DNA of 32,000 nt from Candidatus Melainabacteria bacterium (GCA_020854255.1 JADZFV010000392.1:1018-33017); one strand, 5' to 3'. Positions 1 to 9,062 are shown, counted from the stretch's first letter. Numbers and translations are program-made. Notes: a model not told the origin generated them from the letters alone.

Positions 1-2
1 GC

Positions 3-1019
3 TCGGGCGGCAGATGGTTGGGCAATTTCCAATCGGCAATCAATCCGGACGGCTCGGCCAATCGTTTTTTCACTCGCGGTAATCTCGTGCCGATAACCAC
101 TGATATCACTCCGGATCAAGGCATGGTGCAAGCAATCAAAAATGCGCTTCCCGAACGCACCGCTTTGACACAAGAAGCATATGGCGCGCAAGCAGTAGGT
201 AATTACACCGCGCGCGGACTGCGCACAAAAGAAACCGCGCTCGGCAACCTGGTCTCCGACGCCATTCGCAGCGGACTGAAACCCACTCTCGGCGATGACC
301 TCGTCGTCATGACGCACTCTGGAGGCATTCGCGATCAAATTGTCGCCGGTAAAGAATTGACCAGATTGGACATTGCCAACCTGGTAATGAACGCAGGCAA
401 GAGAGAGGGCGAAATAAAAGAGCTGGTCAATGTCCGCTTGACCGGTGCCCAGATCAAACAAGGTCTGGAATACGGCATACGTGATCTGCATACCCCGCAA
501 AAACCAAGCGTTGCTCAACGAATCGGGCAGCTCTTCTTCCCCCCGGCCGAAGGCGTAGCGCAGGATCTTTCCGGCAATTTCGTACAAGTCAGTGGTCTCA
601 AGTACTCAATTGATCTGTCCGGACAAGGCTGGAGCGCCGGAATTCCTGGAAGCCGCGTCAACAATTTAAGGATTCAAGCAGCGGACGGACAATTCGTCCC
701 CATAGACCCGGGCAAAACCTACAACGTCGTCACCCGCCAGCACCCGGTTCACAAATGGACGAAAGCCGGAATGTTCGGACCCAGTCGCACGCTTGAAGAT
801 GTCGCTCAAGAGCTGCAGATGAAGCCGGTTGAAGTTTCACAAGTCGATTTGATCGCCCAGTATATCGCCGGCAAAAACATCGATCCCAAAACATTCTCGA
901 ACGTAGAAGGTAGAATCACTAACAATACCCAGACCGCACGCAAACTGCCAGTCAAAGTCGGGGTTTCGGTCGTGGCTCAGCCTTCGGTAAGAGCGTTTGA
1001 AGACAATTTCGACAAATAG
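3..1019 (+). CDS. 5'-nucleotidase / UDP-sugar hydrolase family protein, C-terminal domain (5' end lies outside the window)
   Basis: The frame is open to the window edge, so the TTG at 18 is probably not the true start. Motifs match the 5'-nucleotidase C-terminal substrate-binding domain: ETALGNLVSDAIR, HSGGIRDQIVAG, VSGLKYSIDLS, GSRVNNLRI, PIDPGKTYNVVT. Confidence 0.75.
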   Translation, partial: SGGRWLGNFQSAINPDGSANRFFTRGNLVPITTDITPDQGMVQAIKNALPERTALTQEAYGAQAVGNYTARGLRTKETALGNLVSDAIRSGLKPTLGDDLVVMTHSGGIRDQIVAGKELTRLDIANLVMNAGKREGEIKELVNVRLTGAQIKQGLEYGIRDLHTPQKPSVAQRIGQLFFPPAEGVAQDLSGNFVQVSGLKYSIDLSGQGWSAGIPGSRVNNLRIQAADGQFVPIDPGKTYNVVTRQHPVHKWTKAGMFGPSRTLEDVAQELQMKPVEVSQVDLIAQYIAGKNIDPKTFSNVEGRITNNTQTARKLPVKVGVSVVAQPSVRAFEDNFDK

Positions 1020-1023
1020 GCAG

Positions 1024-1950
1024 ATGTATAAAACAGCAAAGGCGGTCATAGCGCTCGCCATTTCTCTAATTAGTGCGCCGTTTCACGCACCTGCCCATGG
1101 TCAAAAGAATAGCGATCTGCCGCCGGTTTCGCCACAGCCATCAGCCGTTTCTGCCCCGGCGCCGCAGCAGTTGAGTCCGGCACAAATTCAACAGAGCGCC
1201 ACACCTCTCAATTTCCAAAACTTTAACTGCGCTCCTCCAAATGTCCAGACACCGCCCGGTGCACCGCTCTCCTTTCCGCCACCTCTAACTGCACCACCGG
1301 AGCCGACACATTTCAATGGTCTGCCCTTGCCGCAACCGATACCCACGCCTTCAGCGGATCCTTTCATTCGCGGGAAAATCATGATCAAACAAGCCACCGA
1401 CATGATCTCAGGCGGGCAGCTTGATGCAGCGATCGCTCTTTTGCAAAAATCAATGGAATATCGCAAAGTCGATCCGACCCCGCAATTTCTTCTCGGTTTG
1501 ATTTACGACCAGAAAGGCAATATACAGGCGGCTTTGACCAATTACACGCAGTCGGTTCAAAAGGCCACTTCGCTCGGTATGGATTCATCGCAATTGCGCA
1601 TCAATCTGGCCAACACGCTTGTAAAGCTCAATTATTTGAAAGAGGCAGAATTTGATTACAAACGGGCCATTGAAATCGACGACAAAAATGAGGTTGCGCA
1701 TCTCAATTACGGGCGCCTGCTTCTTTTCAAAGGTGACAGTGGCGGAGCATTCAGAGAGCTGCAGCGTGCCCACGAGCTCATGTCCACAGACCCGAATCTG
1801 CCCCTCTATGAGGCGCTTGCTCTCAAGGGTCTGGGCAATTTGGAAGAATCACGCCTTAAGTTGCAGGTCTTTCTTGAAAGAGCCAAAGGAGTCAACTGCG
1901 ATCCCAGAGTTATCAACATGGCCCAGAAGCTCTTAGCCGATTTGAAGTAA
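1024..1950 (+). CDS. Secreted proline-rich TPR repeat protein
   Basis: The ATG at 1024 gives MYKTAKAVIALAISLISAPFHAPAHG, a signal-peptide-like N-terminus. The tracked TTG at 997 would overlap the upstream gene. A Pro/Gln-rich linker follows (PPVSPQPSAVSAPAPQQ..PPLTAPPEP). Then come TPR-like repeats (GQLDAAIALLQKSMEY, LLGLIYDQKGNIQAALTNYTQSV, YLKEAEFDYKRAIEIDDKN). Confidence 0.75.
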   Translation: MYKTAKAVIALAISLISAPFHAPAHGQKNSDLPPVSPQPSAVSAPAPQQLSPAQIQQSATPLNFQNFNCAPPNVQTPPGAPLSFPPPLTAPPEPTHFNGLPLPQPIPTPSADPFIRGKIMIKQATDMISGGQLDAAIALLQKSMEYRKVDPTPQFLLGLIYDQKGNIQAALTNYTQSVQKATSLGMDSSQLRINLANTLVKLNYLKEAEFDYKRAIEIDDKNEVAHLNYGRLLLFKGDSGGAFRELQRAHELMSTDPNLPLYEALALKGLGNLEESRLKLQVFLERAKGVNCDPRVINMAQKLLADLK

Positions 1951-2090
1951 CACCTCTTTCATAAGCCGCATAAATTACCGGATTCGGGCTCTTTGAGATT
2001 TGTTTTACTCAATAGTCTGGCTGTCAGTATTTCTATTTAGCTATCCTAAGCAAAAGCAAGTATATGTAGTTTGTGTCAATCGTTAGATAG

Positions 2091-3557
2091 ATGGTGACCA
2101 AAAGAGCCGACGTCAGAATAGAAAAAGACGAGCAGGGCGAAGTATTTCTGCCTGCCAAGGCCTACTATGGCGCCCAGACATTCAGGCTGAAGGAAGTCTT
2201 GCCCGTAAGCGGACTGAAGGCGCATCCGCGCTTGATCGATGCCCTGCTTCTGGTCAAGAAAGCATGCGCTGCCGCAAATCTCGAAGGCAAGCGCCTGGAG
2301 GTTCCTGTGGCACGTGCCATCATGCAGGCAGCAGATGAGGCTTATGGCGGGCAATGGCGCGATCAGTTCGTTCTGGAAATTCTTTGCTCCGGTGCTGGCA
2401 CCGCCCTTAATATCAATGTAAATGAAGTGCTCGCCAATCGCGGTCAGGAGATTTTGGGCGGCGCCCTGGGCAGTTATGACATCATTCATCCGGTCAAACA
2501 CGTCGATCTGGCTCAATCTCCCAACGATGTTTTCCCCACGGCCATGCGCATTGCAGTTCTACTGGCGACGAAAGAATTCGAGCCGGTTTTGCTGGATTTG
2601 GAACGTCTGCTCAGACGCAAATCGCTGGAATTCGAGCGCGTCATCAAAATGGGCCGCTCGCACTTGCAAGATGCCCTGCCGATTACGCTTGGTCAAGAAT
2701 TCAACGCATTTGGTTCTTCCATCGAGCGTTGTTTGAAGCGGCTTAAAGATGCCAGTGTCGGGCTTACCGAATTGAACATTGGCGCCACTCACGTGGGCAC
2801 GGGACTGGGTGCAGACAGCAAATACATTCAAGCTGCAGTGGAGCGCCTGTCACAATATACTGGCATACGCCTGCGCCAATCTGACGATTTTTTCCGCATC
2901 TCTCAATCGATGTCGGACTTTGTCGAATTTTCATCGGCAATGAAAGAATTGGCCGTGGAGCTGACGAAAATCGGCAACGACTTGCGCCTTTTGTCGTCCG
3001 GACCGCGCACTGGCTTAGCCGAAATCACCGCCCCGGAATTGATTGTCGAGCGCTCGCTAATTCGTCCCAACACGCTGCCCAACCGCCGCATTCCCACGCT
3101 GGTCGAATGTATCAATATGGCTTCCTGTCAGGTTTTCGGCAATGACATTGTGGTGGGACTGGCAGCCCAGTCTGGTCAATTCGAGTCGAATATGATGACG
3201 CCGCTCATCATTCACAATATATTGCAATCAGTAGATCTGCTGCGCAGCACCATCGAGCCCTTCAACAGTAAATATTTGCGCGCCATAACAGCCAATCATT
3301 CCGCCTGCAATTTGCAAATGGAAGAAGCAGGAGTGGTTCTGGCAGTAGTGAGCAAACGCCTGGGCGACAAACGAGCTCAAGAATTGTCCCGGGAAGCCGA
3401 GCAGGCGGATTTGACATTGAAAGAACTGGTTACGCAGCGAGGGCTGATTCCGAAGGAAGAACTGGATCGCATGCTGTCGTATAAAGAATTGACCGGCATG
3501 CATGCGGCTTTTTCATCCACGCATGATAGTGATACTGCAGGTGGTGCAAGCTCTTAA
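2091..3557 (+). CDS. Aspartate ammonia-lyase / class II fumarase superfamily protein with a non-canonical catalytic SS-loop
   Basis: It resembles AspA/FumC along its full length: VRIEKDEQGEVFLPAKAYYGAQT, GAGTALNINVNEVLAN, AQSPNDVFPT, GRSHLQDALPITLGQEF, NDLRLLSSGPRTGL. The superfamily signature GSSxMPxKxN is replaced by ERSLIRPNTLPNRRIP (nt 3048-3095). Confidence 0.85.
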   Translation: MVTKRADVRIEKDEQGEVFLPAKAYYGAQTFRLKEVLPVSGLKAHPRLIDALLLVKKACAAANLEGKRLEVPVARAIMQAADEAYGGQWRDQFVLEILCSGAGTALNINVNEVLANRGQEILGGALGSYDIIHPVKHVDLAQSPNDVFPTAMRIAVLLATKEFEPVLLDLERLLRRKSLEFERVIKMGRSHLQDALPITLGQEFNAFGSSIERCLKRLKDASVGLTELNIGATHVGTGLGADSKYIQAAVERLSQYTGIRLRQSDDFFRISQSMSDFVEFSSAMKELAVELTKIGNDLRLLSSGPRTGLAEITAPELIVERSLIRPNTLPNRRIPTLVECINMASCQVFGNDIVVGLAAQSGQFESNMMTPLIIHNILQSVDLLRSTIEPFNSKYLRAITANHSACNLQMEEAGVVLAVVSKRLGDKRAQELSREAEQADLTLKELVTQRGLIPKEELDRMLSYKELTGMHAAFSSTHDSDTAGGASS

Positions 3558-3701
3558 TTGAGGCTTATTGCAAGACCTTCATATGAAGAAATATGAAACT
3601 GTCCAGCCGTTTTTGTTCAGGTATTGTCAGCCGGTTATTCGGTAATATTTGTAGCTGTCAACGCCCCTTTTTGGAAACACTTTCGAGGTAGATCCGAGTT
3701 T

Positions 3702-4379
3702 ATGCTGACTGGATATCGATTCGAGATGATCGTCGGCTGCATGAGGTCTGGGAAATCCAGCGAGCTCATTCGCAGAATCGAACGCGCCCGCCTGGCGTAT
3801 TTGCCGACAATCATCGTGCGCCCTGCTACAGATACGCGCTCGAAACCCAATCAGATAGAATCGCGCAACGGATTGGCTTCCAGGGCAATCGTCGTTGAGT
3901 CCGCCAGAGACATTTTGAAGTATTCGTCTCATGCAGTCGTTATCGGCATGGACGAATGCCAATTCTTCTCGGATGACGTTGCCGATGTGGTCCTGGCATT
4001 AATGCGCCAGAAAAAGAAAATCATCGCCTCGGGGCTTGATCTGGACTACAGAGGCAAGCCCTTTGGTCCGATCCCTGCCCTTCTGGCTATCGCCGACCGC
4101 GTCGACAAACTTTTGGCTGTTTGCAGAAAATGCGGCTCTGACTTTGCTTGCCGCACTCAGCGCATGGTCAATTCCAACGAACAAATCCTGGTTGGCGACG
4201 CCCAATACGAAGCGCGCTGCCTTTCTTGCTTCGAGCCGCCCAGCCAATACCAACTCAAGCTCGACCTTGATGAATTCCACCCGGAGGTGCCGCATCTGGC
4301 CTCCTTAATCGACTGCGATCCGGACGGCGAAAATGGATTTGGCGAAGTTTTGCCTCTTTTAAACATAAACAGTCTTTAA
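3702..4379 (+). CDS. tdk: Thymidine kinase (TK1 type) with an acidic C-terminal extension of about 35 aa
   Basis: P-loop GCMRSGKSSEL, MDECQFF, ASGLDLDYRGKPF, and zinc-ribbon cysteines LAVCRKCGS..ACRTQR and ARCLSCF. The ATG at 3702 fits the family N-terminus better than the TTG at 3624. Confidence 0.85.
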   Translation: MLTGYRFEMIVGCMRSGKSSELIRRIERARLAYLPTIIVRPATDTRSKPNQIESRNGLASRAIVVESARDILKYSSHAVVIGMDECQFFSDDVADVVLALMRQKKKIIASGLDLDYRGKPFGPIPALLAIADRVDKLLAVCRKCGSDFACRTQRMVNSNEQILVGDAQYEARCLSCFEPPSQYQLKLDLDEFHPEVPHLASLIDCDPDGENGFGEVLPLLNINSL

Positions 4380-4465
4380 TCTTCGTAATATCCCGGAGCC
4401 AAAAGTTACCGCCAGATTGTCATGGGCATATCTCAGACAGCCTTATGTACTGAGAGGAGCTATTT

Positions 4466-4885
4466 ATGTGTAGTTGGCGTTCCGCTCTAATAGAGTTTTT
4501 CACCTTTAAATGGCTGAGAAAACAAGCCCGGCCGGCCGAAGGTCCTTGTGAAAAACCGGAGCAACTGAGAACAATCTGGAAAGACACCTTCAACCGTTTA
4601 GAGGCTTACCAGCCGGAAATGCCGGAAGAGCCTCTGCATGAGCACCAGCCGGAGGTCATGAACATGGCCCAGGAAGCTCGTGGCAGGAAATCAGCAGAGC
4701 ACAACACACCGACACACCAGTTGCCGGCATCGAAAACATGCAATGACCTGCAAGTCTGGTTCGGTGAGTCTGTAGCCACCTGGGATCCTGAGGTCAATGC
4801 GCAAAACATGGACAGTAGCGAAAAACAAGACAAAAGCACGATTCGCCGTGCCACGCGCTGGACGAAAGAGACGCATCCCCGATAG
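4466..4885 (+). CDS. Hypothetical hydrophilic protein (orphan)
   Basis: The ATG is preceded by GAGGAG 6-7 nt upstream. I recognise no motif, and there is no TM segment or signal peptide. Coding status is uncertain. Confidence 0.35.
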   Translation: MCSWRSALIEFFTFKWLRKQARPAEGPCEKPEQLRTIWKDTFNRLEAYQPEMPEEPLHEHQPEVMNMAQEARGRKSAEHNTPTHQLPASKTCNDLQVWFGESVATWDPEVNAQNMDSSEKQDKSTIRRATRWTKETHPR

Positions 4886-5081
4886 TTGCCAGGCAACCAG
4901 GAGCCGTTGCAAAGAAGCGGCTACATTTAGTTAGAAACTGCTGAAACTCAGTAGGGTTATGGTTTGCGCATGCCTGCAGGTGGCGCCCGCCGAACCGATA
5001 TGCGATGCGTAGATGGTAAGATTACTTATGGTCTGCTCTTGATGACCGGAGTTATCAGAACTTCGGGTGCGGGGGTTATTT

Positions 5082-5387
5082 ATGGTCTCTAGGAATCCTT
5101 TTTGCTTGGGTCTTCTGGTTGTTTTGGTTTCTTCGGCAAATCTTATATGCGCTCAAGATGCCTGCGCAAAAGGCAAAAAGAGAAGCAGCGCAAGAAACTA
5201 CTTCGTGCCGCCGCCGCCGGCTTATTTACCATCTCTGACGCCTGCTGTTTATATAAATGGCAAAGCGGAAGTAGCTCAAAAGCCAAAAAAGAAAGAGCCT
5301 GAGAAAAAATATGTCTACACGCGCGAAGGCTATGAAGAGCCAAAAGCAACACGTCCCAATCCGTACGTCACCTACTGGGGCAGCTAG
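5082..5387 (+). CDS. Small secreted protein with a Lys-rich tract
   Basis: MVSRNPFCLGLLVVLVSSANLICAQD is signal-peptide-like. It contains PPPPAY and KPKKKEPEKK tracts and is followed directly by a strong hairpin terminator. A GTG at 5067 is an alternative start. Confidence 0.5.
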   Translation: MVSRNPFCLGLLVVLVSSANLICAQDACAKGKKRSSARNYFVPPPPAYLPSLTPAVYINGKAEVAQKPKKKEPEKKYVYTREGYEEPKATRPNPYVTYWGS

Positions 5388-5406
5388 TCCGGATTATTAA
5401 GAAGTG

Positions 5407-5435
5407 AAAGCCGCCGGCATTGGCGGCTTTTTGTT
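5407..5435. terminator. Rho-independent terminator between convergent genes, probably bidirectional
   Basis: AAAGCCGCC-ggcatt-GGCGGCTTT forms a perfect 9-bp stem followed by TTTTT. It lies between the stop at 5387 (+) and the stop at 5438 (-). Confidence 0.7.
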
Positions 5436-5437
5436 GC

Positions 5438-6640
5438 CTAAACGCGCTCCAGAACCATGGCGATGCCCATGCCGCCGCCGATGCAGAGGCTGACAACCCC
5501 ATATTTCGCTTTTCTGCGCTTCAGTTCCAATGCCATTGAAAGAATCAGGCGCGCACCGGTTGCTCCGAACGGGTGTCCCAGTGCAATCGCTCCTCCATTG
5601 ACGTTGACGCGCTGTCGGTCGAGCTTCAATTCTTTCTCGCAGGCGAGGTATTGCCCGGCGAAAGCTTCGTTGATCTCAAAGAGGTCGATGTCTTCCATCT
5701 TCAATCCTGCTTTTTCGAGAGCCATTGGAATGGCCGGAACAGGGCCTATACCCATGACTTCAGGGGCAACTCCGACGACAGCCCAGGACAAGACCCTGAC
5801 CAGTGGCTGAAGTCCATGCTTTTCGGCAATCTTCTCGCGCGTGACCACCAGTGCGGCTGCACCATCTACGATGCCACAGGCATTGCCTGCCGTGACAGAG
5901 CCTCCCTTGCGGAAAGCCGGTTTGAGCTTGCCTAGCCCTTCAAGAGTGGTATCCGGACGCATGTGCTCGTCCGAGTCTATAACTTTGATTTTGCCTTTTC
6001 CGGCCGAAACCTCGACAGGCACTATCTCTTCAGCAAATACGCCTGAATCCCGGGCCTGCTTGGCGCGTTGCTGCGATTGCAATGCAAATTCGTCTTGCTC
6101 GGCTCGAGAGATTTTGTGACGCTCGACCAGATTCTCGGCAGTTTCGCCCATCGATGCATTCGGCAAGGTGTCCCTAATGTCAAGCCCGTCGAATACTTCA
6201 CCGGTGCCCATGCGCCCGCCCCAACGCATTCCCCAGCTCAAATAAGGAGTCATTGAAAGCGAATCAGAACCGCCGGCCAGAACAACTTCGGCCTGATTGG
6301 CGTCGATCAGCATCTCGGCTGTGGCCACAGCCTGTACGCCTGAACCGCATAGAAGATTTAGTATCAACCCGGGGCTCTCTTGCTTCATTCCGGAGCGCAA
6401 GCCCACGTGGCGAGCCAGGTAAATGGCATCCTTGCTGGTTTGCAAGACATTGCCCATGACCACCTCGTCGATTATCGCCGGGTCGATTTTGGCTCTTTCG
6501 ATTGCTCCTTTGGACGCGGCCACAGCCAGGTCGGTCGCCGTCTGCGATGCCAATCCCCCGCCAAATGACCCGAAAGCCGTTCTACAACCGGCTACGACTA
6601 CCAGAGGTCCTCTCACGTTGTGACCATTTTTTTCTGCCAT
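5438..6640 (-). CDS. Acetyl-CoA C-acetyltransferase (thiolase II)
   Basis: Thiolase motifs are intact: NLLCGSGVQAV (active-site Cys), GNACGIVDGAAALVV, NEAFAGQ, NGGAIALGHPFGATGAR, SLCIGGGMGIAMVLE. Confidence 0.9.
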   Translation of the reverse strand: MAEKNGHNVRGPLVVVAGCRTAFGSFGGGLASQTATDLAVAASKGAIERAKIDPAIIDEVVMGNVLQTSKDAIYLARHVGLRSGMKQESPGLILNLLCGSGVQAVATAEMLIDANQAEVVLAGGSDSLSMTPYLSWGMRWGGRMGTGEVFDGLDIRDTLPNASMGETAENLVERHKISRAEQDEFALQSQQRAKQARDSGVFAEEIVPVEVSAGKGKIKVIDSDEHMRPDTTLEGLGKLKPAFRKGGSVTAGNACGIVDGAAALVVTREKIAEKHGLQPLVRVLSWAVVGVAPEVMGIGPVPAIPMALEKAGLKMEDIDLFEINEAFAGQYLACEKELKLDRQRVNVNGGAIALGHPFGATGARLILSMALELKRRKAKYGVVSLCIGGGMGIAMVLERV

Positions 6641-6876
6641 TTGCTTACGCCCGCCTTTTCTCCCGGGTTGCCAAACCCGTAATAACTTAAACCAGTATCA
6701 GAACAGCCACTAAATCTTTGCAGTGACCGATCGCCGTCATACTTGCAAAAACTAAAACAAGTATCAAGACAATATCCAACAGCCATATTGTCAGGCTAGA
6801 ATTGACGACCTTAGCGACTTTACGGTTTCTTTTTAGAAATTCAAACTCTAGCAAATCAAATATGGAGGGCTGAACC

Positions 6877-7977
6877 TTGTCCAAGGTTGGTGTACCGAAA
6901 GAGATAAAGAACAACGAGTACCGCGTTGCCTTGACACTGGCAGGAACCAGCGCCATGGTTGCACAAGGGCATACCGTCTATGTAGAAAAAAATGCTGGTG
7001 TCGGAAGTGGTATCGCCGACAAGGAATACGAAAAAGCCGGCGCCAAGATTTTGCCTGATGCTAAGAGCGTCTTCGGTGAAGCCGACATGATCATGAAAGT
7101 GAAAGAGCCTCAAGCAAGCGAAGTGGCGATGCTCAAGAAAGGGCAGTTGCTCTTCACATACTTGCACCTGGCAGCTGAGCCCAAATTGGCTCATGACCTG
7201 GCCAAGACCGGTGCTACCTGCATCGCATACGAAACAGTTCAATTGGCAAATGGCTCACTGCCTTTGCTTACACCGATGAGTGAAATCGCCGGACGTTTGT
7301 CCACACAAATAGGCGCCAACTACCTCGAGAAGCCGATGGGCGGTCGCGGTATTCTCCTGGGCGGCGTTCCCGGTGTTGAGCCCGGTCGAGTCATCATCAT
7401 CGGTGGTGGCGTAGTCGGAACCAACGCTGCCAAGATTGCCCTTGGACTTGGCGCTCGCGTCACACTCTTCGATCTCAACCTCGATCGCCTGCGTTATCTC
7501 GACGATATCTTCAACGGTCAGGTTCGCACCGTATTCTCGGTCGGACATTACCTCGAAGAGGCTCTTCCGAGCGCCGATCTCGTCATTGGTGCAGTACTTC
7601 TGCCGGGCAAACAAGCCCCGCGCGTCATCACCAGAGACATGCTCAAGAAGATGAAAGAAGGCTCGGTAATAGTTGACGTTTCTGTCGACCAGGGTGGTTG
7701 CATAGAGACAATCCATGCCACAACCCACTCTGACCCGATCTACACCGTCGATGGCGTTGTTCACTATGGCGTCGCCAACATACCGGGTGCTGTGCCGTGG
7801 ACATCCACCAGAGCGCTCACCAACGCCACAATGCCTTATGCCTTGAAACTCGCGAAGCTCGGCTACAAAGCCTGCCTCGATGATCCGGCCCTGGAAAAAG
7901 GCGTCAACATTCACGAAGGCGAAATCGTCCATCCGGGCGTCAAAGAAGCCTGCGAGTCGTTGGCAACAGCCAAGTAA
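6877..7977 (+). CDS. ald: Alanine dehydrogenase
   Basis: [17 protein letters not shown] at the N-terminus, Rossmann motif [27 protein letters not shown], and [10 protein letters not shown]. The TTG start has GGAGGG 7 nt upstream. Confidence 0.9.
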   Translation: MSKVGVPKEIKNNEYRVALTLAGTSAMVAQGHTVYVEKNAGVGSGIADKEYEKAGAKILPDAKSVFGEADMIMKVKEPQASEVAMLKKGQLLFTYLHLAAEPKLAHDLAKTGATCIAYETVQLANGSLPLLTPMSEIAGRLSTQIGANYLEKPMGGRGILLGGVPGVEPGRVIIIGGGVVGTNAAKIALGLGARVTLFDLNLDRLRYLDDIFNGQVRTVFSVGHYLEEALPSADLVIGAVLLPGKQAPRVITRDMLKKMKEGSVIVDVSVDQGGCIETIHATTHSDPIYTVDGVVHYGVANIPGAVPWTSTRALTNATMPYALKLAKLGYKACLDDPALEKGVNIHEGEIVHPGVKEACESLATAK

Positions 7978-8014
7978 GGTCGACGCCAGGCATCGACCCT
8001 GCTAAAAAATAAAA

Positions 8015-8045
8015 AGCGTCCGGCCTCTGGCAGGGCGCTTTTCTT
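8015..8045 (+). terminator. Rho-independent terminator of ald
   Basis: AGCGTCCGGCC-tct-GGCAGGGCGCT stem with one G-T wobble and one mismatch, followed by TTTTCTT. A second perfect hairpin GGTCGA-n9-TCGACC sits at 7978-7998. Confidence 0.6.
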
Positions 8046-8056
8046 ATCGAAAGAAG

Positions 8057-8392
8057 ATTGTCTGCGGAGATTTCAATACCGCACATAAAGAAATAGATCT
8101 AGCCCGCCCAAAAGATAATCACCACATTTCGGGATTCTTGAAGGAAAAGCGTGACTGGATGGACCGCTACCAGAAAGCCGTCCACCTGGACACATTCCGC
8201 ATATACAATCAAGGTACCGACAAGTACACCTGGTGGCACATGATGACGAACGCCAGGGCCCGAAATGTCGGTTGGCGAATCGATTATTTCTTCATCCACA
8301 AAGCCCTGGAAAACATCGCGCAAGATGCCACAATCGAAGCTGCAGTAATGGGTTCCGCCCATTGTCCTGTAACCTTAACTCTCAGAGTTTGA
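8057..8392 (+). pseudogene. 5'-truncated exodeoxyribonuclease III (ExoA/Xth) remnant, C-terminal ~112 codons only
   Basis: The in-frame translation IVCGDFNTAHKEIDLARPKDNHHISGFLKEKRDW..YTWWHMMTNARARNVGWRIDYFFIH..VMGSAHCPVTLTLRV matches the C-terminal half of ExoA/Xth. The frame opens only at 8006, just inside the ald terminator. The first in-frame start is the TTG at 8138. The family motif GSDHCP reads GSAHCP here. Confidence 0.7.
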
Positions 8393-8492
8393 GAGGCTTA
8401 TAAAGCCCGCGCCATTGCGACTGCGCTAAGATCACTTTACTGTTTCTCTTAGTTTGGACAAAAACAGGTAATACAAATTGAGTCAGGTAACA

Positions 8493-9062
8493 ATGGCTAA
8501 GGCACGATCAGTTCAGTCCGGCAAAATCTGGCAGAACAGAAGAACGCGTGAAGTTCTGTGGACTTTGTTGAAACTGCAGAAAGTGGAAAATGGCGTGCTG
8601 GTCATCACCGGTACGAAAAAAAAATTGGAAGGCGAGATTGGAGTTTTTCACGGAATCTTTCTGACCGGTGCCACGATAAACGGCTCAAACGAAAAAGGTT
8701 ATCCAGCAATGAAGCGCCTTTTGGAAGTTGAGGAGGGCACCTTCAACTATTACGACTACGGAGCAAACTCACTGGGCGATCTCGATCAAGGATTGAAATT
8801 GCGCATCACGCAAATCATCAATCTGATGCCCAATCTGCCGGTCAGCATCGAAGCGGCCATGGGCAAAAACACCCTCAATCGCATTCGGGCAATGGATTCA
8901 GGTGAAGTAAGCAGCTATGAAGAGATCAAAGTCGATCAGGCTGTGGCAGAGCAATTACGCGCTCTCGATGAAAAAACAATGAACATGCGCGCTTTGATTT
9001 TCTGGGGTATTTTTCTAGTTGTCTCATCAGTAGCAGCAGTTCTCTTTTACGTAAAACACTAG
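8493..9062 (+). CDS. DUF4388 (PATAN)-like protein with a C-terminal transmembrane anchor
   Basis: EVLWTLLKLQKVENGVLVITGT..GEIGVFHGIFLTGATING..GYPAMKRLLEVEEGTFNYYDY fits the DUF4388 pattern as I recall it. The C-terminus ALIFWGIFLVVSSVAAVLFYV is a single TM helix. A TTG at 8478 is an alternative start. Confidence 0.55.
   Translation: MAKARSVQSGKIWQNRRTREVLWTLLKLQKVENGVLVITGTKKKLEGEIGVFHGIFLTGATINGSNEKGYPAMKRLLEVEEGTFNYYDYGANSLGDLDQGLKLRITQIINLMPNLPVSIEAAMGKNTLNRIRAMDSGEVSSYEEIKVDQAVAEQLRALDEKTMNMRALIFWGIFLVVSSVAAVLFYVKH

Noticed and set aside
2076-2516. A 146-aa ORF on the - strand overlapping the start of the aspartase-like gene
   Set aside because: The + strand N-terminus (RIEKD..YYGAQT) is strongly family-like. 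The antisense product is unrecognisable.
6687-6956. An 89-aa hydrophobic ORF on the - strand in the thiolase/ald divergent region
   Set aside because: It overlaps the ald start and RBS, has no RBS of its own, and would occupy the region where two divergent promoters are expected.
7255-7932. A 225-aa ORF on the - strand, antisense to alanine dehydrogenase
   Set aside because: The ald frame has unambiguous family motifs along its full length, so the antisense frame is a shadow ORF.
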